DNA of 61,735 bases, filler included, from Choristocarpus tenellus KU-1152 (GCA_964200185.2; 7 parts of 7 records of this genome joined end to end with filler, not necessarily neighbours in it), one strand, 5' to 3'. Shown: positions 1-13,089, numbered from the whole stretch's first letter. Numbers and translations: made by a program. The notes: generated by a model not told the origin, from the letters alone.

Positions 1-500
1 AACGGGGGCAGGGGCCAGTTGGGAACACGGCCCCATGTTCCAAAAATGGCGCATTTCAGGGTGGAAGGGGAGGACAGGGAAAGGGGGGGGGGGGGGATAA
101 GTGCTGACTATACTTTAAACAAATAAATCTTCAAATCTGGCAGTAACCCCAATAGATAGTCATATGTCCACCCTCGTCCAAGTACTTAAGGCCCAGTTAG
201 GCCTGTAGATATGAGCAGACTCCTATCTTGCACAGGACTCTACAGGCTTGACTCAATCAATCAAGTTTTGTTTATCTGATCTGCTGCATGTTTCGCCTTC
301 CTGAGTTTAAAGTAATGTATGCTCAGTCAACATGTCCACTTCCAGATACTACACAACACCCATTAAATCTGTAGTAGTGAGCCAAGCCGTAACTCTTTCA
401 AATCTGCCAAACTCCATCTGCAAATCACATCAATATCACGATTGGGAGCACAGTTTCTTTACACCAATTGGAGATTTGTTAGGGCTAAAACGTTTCGGTA

Positions 501-537
501 AGGCTGGAGGCTGGTGAGGCTGGTGAGGCTGGTGAGG
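501..537 (+). repeat. Short tandem repeat, (AGGCTGGTG)x3 plus partial units
   Basis: Read directly: aggctgg aggctggtg aggctggtg aggctggtg agg. Confidence 0.85.
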
Positions 538-1164
538 TGGGTCATGACTGGATCATGGGACGCAACCTCTCTATTCGATGATTATCTACCGCCATCCTAC
601 AAAAAATGGCAAAGCGTCTCGAATAGAGAGAGCACGCTTGGCACAAGAGACAGTGCTTATTGTGGGGAAGAGCGCTAATCCTTCCCCAGTAGTATAATGG
701 ATGGATCGCGAGTGAGGTCCATACCAGTCACCAGGAAAGAAATTGTACTACAGGTCAACTATCTCAATGAGATTTGACAGCATGGTTGGACTGCAGGGAA
801 GGTGAAATTCCAATGAAGGGGAGGGGATACTTTAAACAGTCCTAACACTTTGCTTCTGGTCACAGCTACAACTATGTTCGTTCGTGCAGTACTTGATTGA
901 CTTGATGGGGTCAAGGAGTACGGGCGTAGCACCTGCACTTAGCTCATCCTCGTGAAGATCTTCCTGGAATATGTCAGAAAAGGAGCTGGTGGCGGTTTGC
1001 AGATCTGTATTTGGCCGCATCAAACACGCTGTTGCCACAACATCCCAAAACATTACCTTATCAAATGTGCCCACGATTTCTCTGCTGAACCACCAACTTC
1101 ATACACTCGCATTAAGATCTTACAACAGGCTAAGTAAGGTTCCATAGACAACGGTAATTCTCAC

Positions 1165-1824
1165 CTTCAGAGCAAGTCCAATTAGAGATATGGGGATCCC
1201 ATAAACAAATCCGATTCCCGAAAGGCCACCAGCCCCTCCACTGGTAAAGTACTCAGCGAATGAGGCCACGGTTATTCCCACACCAACCAGAGAAGCTGCG
1301 TTGGCAAGGGAAAATCCTCGAATTTCGAATGGTGCCTCACCCTGTGAGTTGAAACCACCCCCCGCAGAGAGTGCTTTCAATGACTCAATTTCGTCTTGAT
1401 TACTCATCTGCTTGAGAGTAACAGGGGATTTTAGGGTGTGCATGATATGAGTTTTTGTTTCTTGTTTGTCAACAAGGGTTCAAGGTGGGTAACAATGTGC
1501 TCCACATAAACAAACCCCAATGATTCGCGAAACCTCTGAGGCTCAGAAATTATGGTAAATATGGAAATAAAACCATGATAGGTAAAGATAGGAGCAACGT
1601 AGGATAACCTGGACTCCATTGCGATGACGCGATGTGCTGTAACCGCTCGAAGATTGACGTTGACTTGCTGCCACTAGATGCAACCTCAGAGCTTCCCTTG
1701 AAGAAGTCATCGCAGAGCATGGCAGGGAAGGTACCACATTGACACGCACGTTAGGTACGAAACCTGAAGCAAGGTCAGTCGCTGCCATGGCTGCAATGCA
1801 GAAGCATCCTACCGTCGCTCGCAT
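1165..1824 (-). CDS. APE1: APE1 / DUF2854 family thylakoid membrane protein, plastid-targeted; first two exons, 3' exons not located
   Basis: Exon 1 1824-1609 (72 codons, MRATVGCFCIAAMAATDLASG-FVP..., signal peptide with ASAFAP-like site); GT-AG intron 1608-1408; exon 2 1407-1165 (81 codons, APFEIRGFSLA...GIGFVYGIPISLIGLALK) ending at donor GTGAGA. FEIRGFSL and YGIPxxLxGxALK recalled as DUF2854/APE1 motifs. Confidence 0.8.
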
Positions 1825-2550
1825 GATTCTGGGAAGGGCTGCCTCTCCTCAGAGTTCTCGCAATAGTGTCAAGTCCCTCCCACTCTACACACAAGAGTGT
1901 AGCCTTGTTCGTTGGATAAGGGCAAGGGAAGGAAGGGAGCGATTCCTGGGCTGAGGGGGCACACGCGCAATGTTAGGTAGATGCTTTTGGGTATTACGTA
2001 CTTTGGTAACAAAGAGACAGTCCACAAAACAATCACCTTCGAACTACAATTCAATGATACATTCGTTGTTCAGGAAGAGTGTGTTGTGAATCTGTAACAT
2101 GATCATTTTGAGTCAGTATCAGTATGACGAAATATTCATTAGTATTTTATTATTATGCCCTCTGACATTTTGTAGATGTGTCATTAGTATAGTTAGTTGT
2201 TTTAACGTCCAGGGTTTCCACAAGATTGCGATGACTCTTCTGTCATAACAAGAAGATGTGAAAAGGTGCTTGTACAATTAATTACTCTTTCAGTCACTAA
2301 ATTAGTGGTTCATCTATGTAGTGACTACTCAAATGGATATCACGGTTCGAACCCCTTCGGTGCCAGACCCCTTTTCACGATAACCTGGTGATCCAAACAC
2401 CTGCAAGACAAAAACATCCTGTTTGTGGCTATACCACAAAAAGCCTGACCAAGAACGATGTGGAAATCCCGAGGCGGGGGGGGGGGGGGGGGGCGGGAAT
2501 AAAAGCGGCAGGCCAGACACGAGGAACCCAACACCCGCACAACACAGCAA

Positions 2551-2650
2551 NNNNNNNNNNNNNNNNNNNNNNNNNNNNNNNNNNNNNNNNNNNNTTAATT
2601 AATTAANNNNNNNNNNNNNNNNNNNNNNNNNNNNNNNNNNNNNNNNNNNN
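2551..2650. other. Artificial contig linker (44N-TTAATTAATTAA-44N)
   Basis: Identical 100-nt block with stops in all six frames, present six times in the window. Confidence 0.98.
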
Positions 2651-2656
2651 AGAAAT

Positions 2657-2702
2657 TGACCCCAAATGGACAGCCGCCACCCCCTCCCAGATACTTTGAG
2701 CC
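2657..2702. mobile_element. MITE family B terminus (partial, at contig edge)
   Basis: CCCAAATGGACA...CCCCCTCCCAGATACTTTGAGCC is the reverse complement of the left end of the complete copy at 10935-11117. Confidence 0.8.
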
Positions 2703-3923
2703 TCAAGGAGATTAAGGGCAAAGGAATGGACTATCTTTTCGATGAGGAGAGGAGGGGGGAAAGTATGGGAAAATCCCATATGGACGGCGAATACCGTAAT
2801 TGGAATACAGTTGTTTAGCTCCAGCACCAAGTAAAATGCATATTTGCGTATGTAGAATTCAACAATATGACATATGGAGTTCCAGCCTCGTCAATGACTA
2901 AGATTTTGTTGGAAAGGGCAAGATTGAACCTTCTCGAAAGGGATTTAAAAATAATACGCGTATATATGAAGACATGAAAGAGACGCAAAACCAAAGAACA
3001 CACAATGCATGACGTTCAACTATGCTGTCTGGTATGGAAGAGAGTAAGATGCATCCCAAGCGGAGGGATGGAGAGAACTCGATAGTGTGAACATATACAC
3101 TACCATAATCATAAACGCACACAGAAATGTGGGCAAAGATAAATCCAAAACCGTGGGCAATACAGGGATAGTGCTGGCCGTGTAACATCACATATCCAAC
3201 CGTTCAAGCTAAAACAGTTGTCCTCCTGCGTGAAAGAAATCCGTTGTCGAAATGGCCATCAAAAACATAAAAAGAAAGCAATCACAAGGAAGGAAGGAAA
3301 GAAGGAAAAATGAAGAAAGCGGAAACGTGTATGAAAGAGTCATTTGGAAAATGATCTCAGGTTTTCTCCGTCCATACATGGGTGCACATACATGTATAAT
3401 TAAACGACTTAGCATATATTGATACTTCGAAGTAATTTATTTTAGGGCAAACATTTTTTTTAAGTTGAAAAAATCAAACAGCACAACCTCAAATCGTTTG
3501 TACAGATGCACAAGTAGTTCACAGCACCAAACTATCACTCGCAATATTATGTGGTCCAGTCAAGTATTTGGCATAGAAATTACTTTTTCTCGAGCAGAAT
3601 TGACAGTGACTATTGGCGTAGCGTTGGAAACAGGTATATCTAGGCACAATGTTATCGACGATAGCCAGAAATCATTTTCAGGTGTCGGGCCAATTCACGT
3701 GGACTATAGAATACATCAGAGGCATGATGATAACTTCTTGAGGGGTGGTCTGTTTTTATGTTTGTAGGTAAGTGAGGTCCTCAACCAAGTTTCGATCCCA
3801 CAATAGTTTCCATAATGTAAAGACTAATTGTTGTTTGGGACTCGGAACTTTCAAGGTCTGGTAAGGACAAAGTACGTCAAAGAAAAAATTAATTGAGCTT
3901 CGTGAAGCCAGGCTCAGGTGGTT

Positions 3924-4180
3924 GAGCGAAAGTATCTTAGAGGGTACGAGTTTTGCCCTGTCTGTCCATTTGGGGCTTGACTTCCCATTATTTTTTATTA
4001 CATTTTCCTATTCCAAAATGTTTAGGAATAGGTAAAATGCGTACGTTATGAAAAGGTGTGTCCGGAACAAGGATATTGACACTTCCTAACTAACACAATA
4101 GCCAAAATGACATCAAAATCGCAACATTGGATTTTGGCTCCCAAATGGACACAGCTCTACCCTCTAAGATACTTTGGCTC
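3924..4180 (+). mobile_element. MITE family A, complete copy (~257 bp)
   Basis: TIRs GAGCGAAAGTATCTTAGAGGGTA / TACCCTCTAAGATACTTTGGCTC; GTT on both flanks; eight related copies in the window; no coding capacity. Confidence 0.9.
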
Positions 4181-5004
4181 GTTGGGTGTTCAGAATGTAA
4201 GGTTTCAAGTAGGTCAAGTGGACAGAAACGTCCTTGATGTCACCCTGTTTTCAGACACAGTAGGGTACGGGGGAAGTTATAGCAATGCGAAAAGCCCAAC
4301 ACCATTTTGGGGTTAGGTCAATCATGGTGTGAATATGTGACCGACGTATCACGACTTGAGCTCCAACTTGACATATAGGGAAAGCAAGAGTGTTGTTCAT
4401 AGCAATTCGTTTAACATTCTGTTCTCCCAGATTGCGACCAGGCTAATTCAAAAGCTAACCTTGAATTCTCAGCCGTTGATTGAGTAAGTAGACTTCAACT
4501 AGATTTCATTGGGTTACTGTTGATTTGGATATGCCAAAAACTACGTCTATAAACAATGATGGACAGCATCCAAAAAGCACTGGAATATGTGTTCCCTATA
4601 ATGTGGTATTGTACGCTGTATTGCGAACAAGATGAAGGAAATGAACAACACCAGTACCTCAATTACTATACTATGGTTACTCTACATGGGCAACATTTGG
4701 TGCAGAGTAGAATGGACACACTCTAAAACAGAGTTTGCCTGTGGTCTATATATAGGGTGTGGTACGACTTTGATGGCACCTAATTACTGTTTGTATTTCG
4801 AGAACAAGTATATTTTCAATATCTAACCTTGGTCAGAGTGAAGAATTTCAAGTGCTCCAAATATCGAAAATACCCTTTCACAAACAAACCTTTTTTTTGA
4901 AAATGGGCTGTTCTTGTTTGTCTGAAATGGGAATGAAAAAAACGAAGCTTGTTAATTGTCAGATCGTCGAAATAACATATCAGCATCCTCAGTCTCATAC
5001 CAAT

Positions 5005-5155
5005 CTCTGATATCTCTCCCCGAAACATGGGCCACCAGTATCGGTCCCGTACCTTGCCCAGTGTGTGGGAAAGACCGAAGTGACCTCCCGAAGCAACATG
5101 ATCATGACAGACATGCAAGACCAGGGATTGCAATTCTCTTGGAATCACTCTAGTG
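5005..5155 (-). mobile_element. Gypsy-type retrotransposon integrase zinc-binding fragment (relic)
   Basis: VIPRELQSLVLHVCHDHVASGGHFGLSHTLGKVRDRYWWPMFRGEI matches the H-x-GH...YWWP pattern of the Ty3/Gypsy integrase H2C2 domain; isolated fragment. Confidence 0.8.
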
Positions 5156-5499
5156 ACCCCGAAAAGCATGATGTTTGCGTAGGTGGTTTGGACACTATAT
5201 GTTGATGCTCGTGGAGGTGAAGGCACTGAGTTGAGGCCTCTAAATATGCAAATAAAGGAGAAATCGATTAATTTGTGGTGAACGAATTTTGATGACTCGA
5301 AGTGGGGAAAATATACACTGTTTTCGACGTCTCAGTTCTGGCGATGGCCACGACAACAACTTCGTCACCGAACCAGTTCTGGTAACTGTCAAGATATATC
5401 TGTCAAAGCTGCTGTTTTTATGATGCCTCAAAAAATATATATGCGTTTGTCTGTTTCCATTGAGACTACCCTTGTGTTGTGTGTGAGTGGTGATTCTAA

Positions 5500-6860
5500 C
5501 AGATTGTTGGCGGATGAGCTCCCTCCAGAACCCAAGACTGTAAGAGCAGCATGTAGCTCTCCTGAGTGTGATTTATGGGATCGACCTAGAGCATTGGAGA
5601 TGTATGGTTTGTTGTTGTATAATTTTTGGGCGGAGGCCTTATTGCCCCCTGGACGTAGGGCAATAGACACAAAAAGGATACACAAGCGTAAGACCAATAA
5701 ATTTGGTGAGGTATTCAGATACAAACAAGGCACGTTTGGGAAAGGTTGTGCATTTGGTGAAACCTCTTTATGGCAGCATCAAACAAGCTAGCAGGGAGTT
5801 TAATCGTTTGTTGATGTACATTTTGGAACAATGTGGTTTTGAGCAATGTGAAGCAAATCCCTATGTGCTACGATATGAAAGAGGTTGCATTGTTTGTGGT
5901 GTAATAGCCGTCACGCTGATGACCTCAAGGTGGCAAGAATACCCGGTGTTTTCTTTTGGGTTCGATCCAGGATCAAGGAGCAGCTTTCTATAGAAGATTT
6001 TGGTGATCTTGAAGTACTATATGGGTTGTGAGATTTCACATGACCGAATTGCAAAGACAGTTAGCATTAGTTAGACTAAGTACATTACGAGCGCTTGTCA
6101 AAGATTTGGATGGATGGAACAAAGAAAAGGACTGTACCCAATGATCTTTCAAGGACTTTAGACAAGAGTGAGGATCATCCAAGTGTTGATTAAAATATCC
6201 CGTGCAGAGAGGCAGTTGGTGGTTTGATGTGGCAACTGTCATGACAAGGCTAAACATTGCAAATGCAGGTCGTGAGGTTGCCAAGTACAATCCCAAAGTT
6301 ACACATTGGCGTGCAGTTAAGTGTACTTTTGCATGTTTGGATACGTGTCCAAGTGCTGCATTGAGTTTTGGTGGTTTTGGTACTGAATGTGAGTTATTTG
6401 CATATGGTGATGCTAGTTATGCTTGAGATTGTAGTAATCGTAGATCAGTGACTGGAGGAGCCATAATGTTTACTGGGCGAGCAATAGCTTGGATGACAAA
6501 GGTCCAAAAGGTTATACCTCTGTCCTCAACGAAGAGTGAGCATATAGCCCTTAACAGTATGGCACAGGAATTGCTTTTCTTGCAAAGTGTTTTTGAGTAT
6601 ATTCAGCTACAGTTCCCTAGGCGTTCCATTGACATGCTTGAGGAAACGATGGTGCATGCAAACTAGTACGAAATGCCACAAGCTCTACTAGAACAAAGCA
6701 CATTGATGTCCGACAACATTTTCTGAGGGACTTAGCTAGAAAAAGAGAGATTCGTGTTGTTTTTTGTTGGTACTGAAAACCAGAGGGAAGATATGTTGAC
6801 AAAGAACTTGCCAGTAAGAATCGTTAGACAATACGTGAAGGTTTTTGATGAATATGTAGA
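5500..6860 (+). mobile_element. Degenerate Ty1/Copia retrotransposon, RT and RNase H remnants
   Basis: Frameshifted segments EPKTVRAA, KRKTNKFGEVFRYK, KPLYGSIKQASREFN, HWRAVK, YGDASYA*..RRSVTG, AIAWMTKVQKVIPLSSTKSEHIAL, RTKHIDVRQHFLRD in Copia RT-RNaseH order; multiple stops. Confidence 0.92.
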
Positions 6861-6932
6861 GGGATAACATGTGTGTATTACATATTTTTGTTATCTTTCG
6901 AGAACTAATGTTTGTTTTCAGCAAGGGGAGGA

Positions 6933-7289
6933 TGTCGAATAACTACTATCATACTTACGGTGTTTGTGCGGATAGAAGCATGTAACATAGTTTCACGATG
7001 TTAATCTTTAGTTGGGTACAGTACGGAGTGGTGGAGTAGTAACGTACATAGCGATATGATCAGTCGGTCCTTGTCCATGCGTCAGTGATATAAAGGATGG
7101 CTAAGCAAATGGACATAGGATAATCAATAAACAGTCTACATTCACAATGTAACCCACCAGCAGCTTCTGGCAACGAGCAGTCTAAATCACAATGTAAAAC
7201 TTGTATATGTCAAGATGAGGTATATCAGTGATTCACAAGCGTCTTCTCTTGAAGGATAGGGACAAATCATATGTACATGGTAACCAACA
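6933..7289 (+). mobile_element. Probable 3' LTR of the Copia relic
   Basis: Polypurine tract AAGGGGAGGA (6923-6932) directly followed by TGTCG; internal AATAAA; candidate end CCAACA. No 5' LTR partner seen, so the right boundary is tentative. Confidence 0.55.
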
Positions 7290-8205
7290 AGGATACATTA
7301 ACAAATCGAGATTTGTATACCATTCCTGGGTAGAACTGATTCGTAGATCTTTACCAGTCCGACCTTCACATATAAAGTTCTAATCATTCACGAAGCACAA
7401 AAGAGATAAATTATGATTTTCCAACATACTGAAGGATTCCTACTTGGGCATTGAAAGTTTTAGTTCCTACATCTGGGACAGAAAATTCACTCTAAACATT
7501 GATCACTCTGCCTCGATCTGGCCCTTAAAGGGGGCACGACCTTTCTCTCAAGTTCTGCCTGCAATCTAATTGATTTTCTGATCACGACACAGAGTTGAGG
7601 TGGTGATCTGACTCAAAGGATTAGCGATATGGACCACCAAGACTCTCTCCCTTTGCCGACTCAGGTTTTGATATTAATGACTCGTCTGTAGTAAACCCCA
7701 GGACTAATGCAGGTCAGAAGGCCCTGACTTCGAAGTGTTCATTTGCAGGACTTGGGGGTGCCTGATATAGTGTAGTCAAGCTCCTCTTTTTCCCCTGTCT
7801 TCATTTTTATACTTTTAATCGTAGATTATCATGAACTCAGCCTCACTGCTCTTGATGATGCCCTATGTGATACACGCTTGTATTGTGTTACAAATAAATT
7901 TTCCGAGTTGAGTAGTTTATGTAAATAGAAGAGCAATCTTAGTTCTACCAACTGAGTATTATTTTCACACAGTAAGTACAAAGAGGAAAGTCCACCCGAC
8001 TTCACTACCTCCCCCCCTCGGACTGGATAGGACCATATGTTATGGCTGGTACAAATCTCTTCCATTTATGAAGCATCCCCCTCTATCAGATCAAAACCCA
8101 GACACTAGTAGGTGGATTCCTTTAAACCCCTTAACCCAAAGAGAGTCCAGAAAAGAGAGGGGAAGTGGAGGACTTAACTACACCCACGGTTTGTTGGATT
8201 CATTG

Positions 8206-8561
8206 GAGTGAAAGTATCTTAGAGGGTACAAGTTTTGCCCTGTTTGTCCATTTGGGGCTTGNNNNNNNNNNNNNNNNNNNNNNNNNNNNNNNNNNNNNNN
8301 NNNNNTTAATTAATTAANNNNNNNNNNNNNNNNNNNNNNNNNNNNNNNNNNNNNNNNNNNNTTCTCATGTTTTTTTTAAATGTCTTTTTCCTACTTTGAA
8401 ATATTTGGAGTACGTAAAATGTATGTTATGAAAAGGTGTGTCTAGAACAAGGATACTGACACTTCCTGACAAACAGGCTAACCAAATTTTTTATCAAAAT
8501 CGCAACATTGGATTTTGACCCCAAAATGGACGCGCCCCTACCCTCTAAGATACTCTGGCTC
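8206..8561 (+). mobile_element. MITE family A, interrupted by a linker (one copy or halves of two)
   Basis: Left TIR GAGTGAAAGTATCTTAGAGGGTA before the linker, right TIR TACCCTCTAAGATACTCTGGCTC after it. Confidence 0.85.
8262..8361. other. Artificial contig linker
   Basis: 44N-TTAATTAATTAA-44N. Confidence 0.98.
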
Positions 8562-10141
8562 ATTATCGTCGGTGTGACTACCTTCACTCTTGGTGTGATT
8601 CTAACACGTGAGTACGGTAGATAGGTGAACATGACTTAGGGATATTGCACTCATTCCCAGGGAGAGAGCTTTCGTTGGTGGGGCCATTAACTGCTGAATA
8701 CCTGAGGGTGTGAGGAATGGAGGTCGGATGATGACCCTTTACTTCATTACTTTGCTGAAGACAGAGTGAACGAGTCCAGTGTATATCCTTTTCTCTTGCT
8801 GCTCTTTTGGCTTCCATCTTGTGTTATATCGTTGGATGCTTGCTTGTTATGTTTGAGGTAGGGGATTATCTATATCAATTCCTCTGCTGACACATCTCAC
8901 GCAATTCGGTAGCAGTACTGCTCTGAAAGCAACACCGTGTTGTCTATTTTTTCAATTTCTTCCGGATCCCACACTGGAATGAAACACAGGTCAACTCTTA
9001 TGAGCCTGAGATACATAATTGAGTGTAGCAAGAAGCGCCACTGAATAGATTAAATTCCTCGGATATATTCCAAGGTTTTGTAATTTAAACTTTTCAAAAA
9101 CTCGTCTAATCATTCTGTGGCCATCGATGGGGAGAGTTATGCTGCTTTGGCCCATAGTATCCTAGTTGGGAGGTCAGGCTTCCATTTGGAACTTTTGCGA
9201 CTCTGTAGTGATTTTGATGTAATCCGAGTGAACATGTCAGATGTAAGGGAAATTTCCTTTTTCTGGATGCACCTTCCCTTTCTATCCCCTAGTCTGGACT
9301 AAATCCAAAGGAAAACCACCTGCAAAATGGGCATCAAACTGAGGGTTTACAATACCCCTTCAAGCCCCTAATGGATGACGACCTGGTCTAAATGCTCCCA
9401 CCCTCTGGGGAAATTTGCTGCTTTGCATTGTATGGGTGCCTAGGTTATCACTCTGAACTTGACCAATAGTGAGGATGTATAGAGTGTCACAATGACCTTG
9501 AAGTAAATCAGAGGATTTCCGGGATGCATATACTGGACCTCAATTGTTTAGTCTCAACTCCACTCACTCGTGCTGGTAGTATTTTTTATAAGTAGGGGTT
9601 GCACGCATAGTATGACCCTCTGTTAATGAAGATGAACAAGGAGTAATATGCACTGAGATGTTGTATGTGGCTACAGCCTTTAGTTGTTTGGCATGCTCTC
9701 TTGCTGTGTTGTAGGGCTCTGTGTTGTTAGTCCTGTATAGGCCAGACCTTGATATAGAAAGAAGGATATTTTCCTTTCGATATAGAAGATTGCATGCACA
9801 ATCTAGGTTAGCAATGCATTTGTAGCATTAGTGTCATGCCTCCTTATACCACAGTTTGTTGGCCATCAGTTACAAACCATTTTTTTTCTTCAAGCTTTGC
9901 CTAGAGCATTCACTGCTTGTTCTGCAATATCCCAAGAGACTATTGCGAATGTCAACTTGTACTCAGTATATTTCCACCCTGAATTTGGTATATTTCCACC
10001 CTGAATTTGGTAACACTCTAAGTATTCATTTCCTCCAAATAGTAACAACAAAACCAAAAGAAAAAATGTATATAATTCAGTAAGCATATTGTGCCTTTTA
10101 GGGAGTAGAAACCCCTCTTCACACCCTTTTCCATTTCTCAC

Positions 10142-13089
10142 CTTATGGCCAGTGCCACCTGGGCCACCATCCCTAGTCCACCTAGCCATCCCAGTGCCCC
10201 TGCCCTCATCAATTGTCGTGTCTGGCTCCACAACATTTGTCTCTGTTGCCTAAACCAAAGCAACTTGTAGATTTCCCACCAGCTAAGTCTCTCCCCTCTT
10301 GAGTCCAGTTCTCCTTCCTTGGATAGCTCTGCTCTCCCTGTCCCCTTTTCGTGCCATTCCATAGTTTCTCCGTTGGGCGCAACACCTGAACTTTCCTCTA
10401 TTTCTTTATCAGCAGTATTCTTATCACCCACACACCTTGACATAAGAACTCCTTCCTCAGACTGTGCTTCCCTATGGTCCGGCCTTGACTGTGTAACACT
10501 GATCATATTTCTCCCCCACCCTTTATCCCCACCGTTTTTTCGACTTTCTGCCCCAATATTTTGTTTGGCAGCCGCCATCCCATGGTGAGACTGCACCTGC
10601 AAGATAGTCCATGAGCTCAATGAGTGAGTGTTTTGACAGAGGGGTATAGTGGAAGTACTGCGGTGCAAGGTGGATAAGCCCCTTTGCTGATTCCTCCAAA
10701 ATCATGCCAGCTTGTGTGCTTATGCTGTGATTGATGCCAGAGCACGATGCTGTAGCTACGGCAGTGCTTCCTGCTGAAGGGTGATCATTGCACAAAATAT
10801 CAGTGTCTGTACGAAGCATGTATGGATGGTGTTCTTTCCAGTCCACCAAAATATCTTTAACATTGACTGTGTATGTGCAAGAAGGGGTAGAATGAGTCGA
10901 ATGGAGGTCCTATCAGAGCAGATTAGTTGTGTTCGACTCAAAGTATCTGGGGAGGGGGGGTGGCAACTGTCCATTTGGGGCCAATTGTTCCATGTCGTGA
11001 TTTTTGGGTAATTTGGTTCCATATGTTGAATGGATAATAAAAGTGCACTTTTCCTGGTTTTGGTCCAAACGGACACTCTGGTGTAGACCCCCTCCCCCCC
11101 CCCAGATACTTTGGGTCTTCCCCGCACTCAAGGAATTTTATTCATACTATTAGTAACCCTAACCCTAATGGTACCGGTGCTGTATATGCTACATAGTATA
11201 TATAGTCGGAAACGTTGTACTTTGTGTACTTTAGTAGAAAATGAGCTCACACCTTTCACAAATGGCATCAATTATGTGTCTATTTTGTTTATCCCACCAG
11301 AACATAAGCATCTATGTGAGTACAGCTTGGGGAAAACAACAACATGTCTTCATTGAAATACTCCAGAGTAGAAGAAATACCAAATTTTGCTTAACACCCT
11401 TAGCTGGCCAAGCTGTTGCGATTAGTACACCAGGTGTGGGAAACAAGGAGAGGATGCTGAAGAGTAACAGGTAAAATGCTAGAGCAATTTCTTTAGATAC
11501 CTTCACCGCCTGCAGGGCTGCTGCCTGCCTTTGCGCCTTTGCAAGCCTCCTTTGCCTTGCGTTCTCCTCACCTTCGGCTTTCATAGTGGCCATACTCTCT
11601 GTCATGCTCATTGTGACCGCACCAACGAAAAGAGACAGCATCACCTGAATAATGCAGTGTATGTCAAGATGAAAATATAAACAAGAGGAAAAGAGCAGAC
11701 AAAGTTGAGTTGGCTGGAGATACCATCCTTCTCCTTACAATGGCCCTTGACAAGAGTGCAGCAAGATCGTGCAAGTGGATAAGAAGAATCGTTCATGTAC
11801 TGTATGACCCCAAACACAACTGAGTATATGCAAGGGTCTTTACGTACTACTGATGTTGAGGGCATTGAGGAGGTGTCAAGGCAAAATAACTCGGTTAGCA
11901 TTCATTTCATTCGGGTGAATGCTGCATTTTGCACCATTTCAAATATTACCGACTTCATAAGTCTAGCAATCCTGGCATTACCCAAGGCTTCATGCAACCA
12001 GACTTGCTCTTGGAGGAATGGGAGATACCGTACTACCACCGTAACATATCGTGTCTAAGAAAATGGGGAAATGCATCGCCCTGAAAGATGCACGAGCTCT
12101 ACTATGGATGATGAAGATGTCATTTTCAGAGTAGGGGACATTGAATCTTCAACTTGATAGTCACAGCTCCCCCCACCAAGAGCTATGGTCCAGGGGGAAC
12201 AATATATGAAGGGAAAACCTCATACATAGAACCAAAAATGTTTAGGTTAACAATATAACGGTGGGTACTAACAGCAAAATTCAGAATGTACAATGCTGAC
12301 GCCTCTTCATTTCATGGAAATATGCTCCCTTTCGGTTGCATGCGATCCTCACTTTCTTGCTACTGACCAACTCACGAGTGCAGATATTACAATGAAGGAG
12401 ACCCAGTAGATGGTGCTGAGGAATGCGGAAGCTGATGGCTGGCTGCAGTAGGAGATGCTCCCAAAGTAATCAGATGGCAGGGTATTATTGGTGTGGTATA
12501 GGCCTCCCATGGTATACTCATCACATCCAAACATATTGATGTACATTACATCCGACCAGTCTGCAATATGAACACAGAGCAGGGAAGAAACACAAGATAG
12601 GCAGATAGGCAAGAAGCGCTGGGTCTGGTAAAAAGTATTTTATTCTGGGATCTCACCAGGATACTGAGACAACATCGCTGTGCACTTGGCTGATCACCAT
12701 GTTATATGTCAAACTATGTCACAACACAAACAGAAATAGTATGATAAGGTATCCCCTTTATGTGCAGATATGAATGTTTCTAGTACCTGGAGCGTACTAG
12801 GTTTCAAGATAGTCAACACTTCACCATGGTGGGTCTAACCTTCAAGAGTGGCTGCCCGAAACAGGGTTAGGAGGGATAGGGGCAGTGTGCTGAAGTGGAA
12901 CGGGTCGTTCATGCGGAATGCATAGATGCCGCTGATGGCATATAAGTAGAATACCAGGAAGAGGAGGACCATGATGTATCCAATGGATTTCACGCCCCCC
13001 ACCAAGCCCATCACGATTATCTGCAGCTGAGGAACTTTCTTCAATATTTTTGCCACCCTCATCAGACGGAGGAGGCGGAGGAATGCCAC
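10142..13089 (-). CDS. Voltage-gated cation channel (Ion_trans; Nav/Cav/CatSper/single-domain-like), partial: S4-S5-pore-S6 and cytoplasmic tail
   Basis: Phase-consistent GT-AG exons 13089-12840, 12560-12376, 11644-11501, 10596-10142. S4 FLRLLRLMRVAKILKK; S5 SIGYIMVLLFLVFYLYAISG; pore LLTLFRAATLE|DWSDVMY; S6 IYWVSFIVISAL|VMLSLFVGAV; then a coiled-coil-like stretch. S1-S3 exons not seen before the linker; the last listed exon is less certain. Confidence 0.9.
10935..11117 (+). mobile_element. MITE family B, complete copy (183 bp), in a channel intron
   Basis: TIRs GACTCAAAGTATCTGGGGAGGGGGGG / CCCCCCCCCAGATACTTTGGGTC; TTC on both flanks; interior matches 61577-61735. Confidence 0.88.

Noticed and set aside
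82-97. Poly-G/poly-C tracts (also ~2477, ~42156, ~48668) as functional G-quadruplex elements
   Set aside because: Mostly near contig edges or in MITE termini where homopolymer length is unreliable; no independent support.
2340-2366. tRNA/SINE B-box-like GGTTCGAACCCC...GGTGCCA
   Set aside because: No pairing T-stem, A-box or cloverleaf can be built.
2595-2606. Repeated palindrome TTAATTAATTAA
   Set aside because: Always centred in 88 Ns; an assembly linker, not a biological site.
9290-9320. Terminal exon of the channel gene (acceptor TTTTGCAG near 9320, RWFSFGFSPD*)
   Set aside because: Phase-compatible but too short and motif-free to support.
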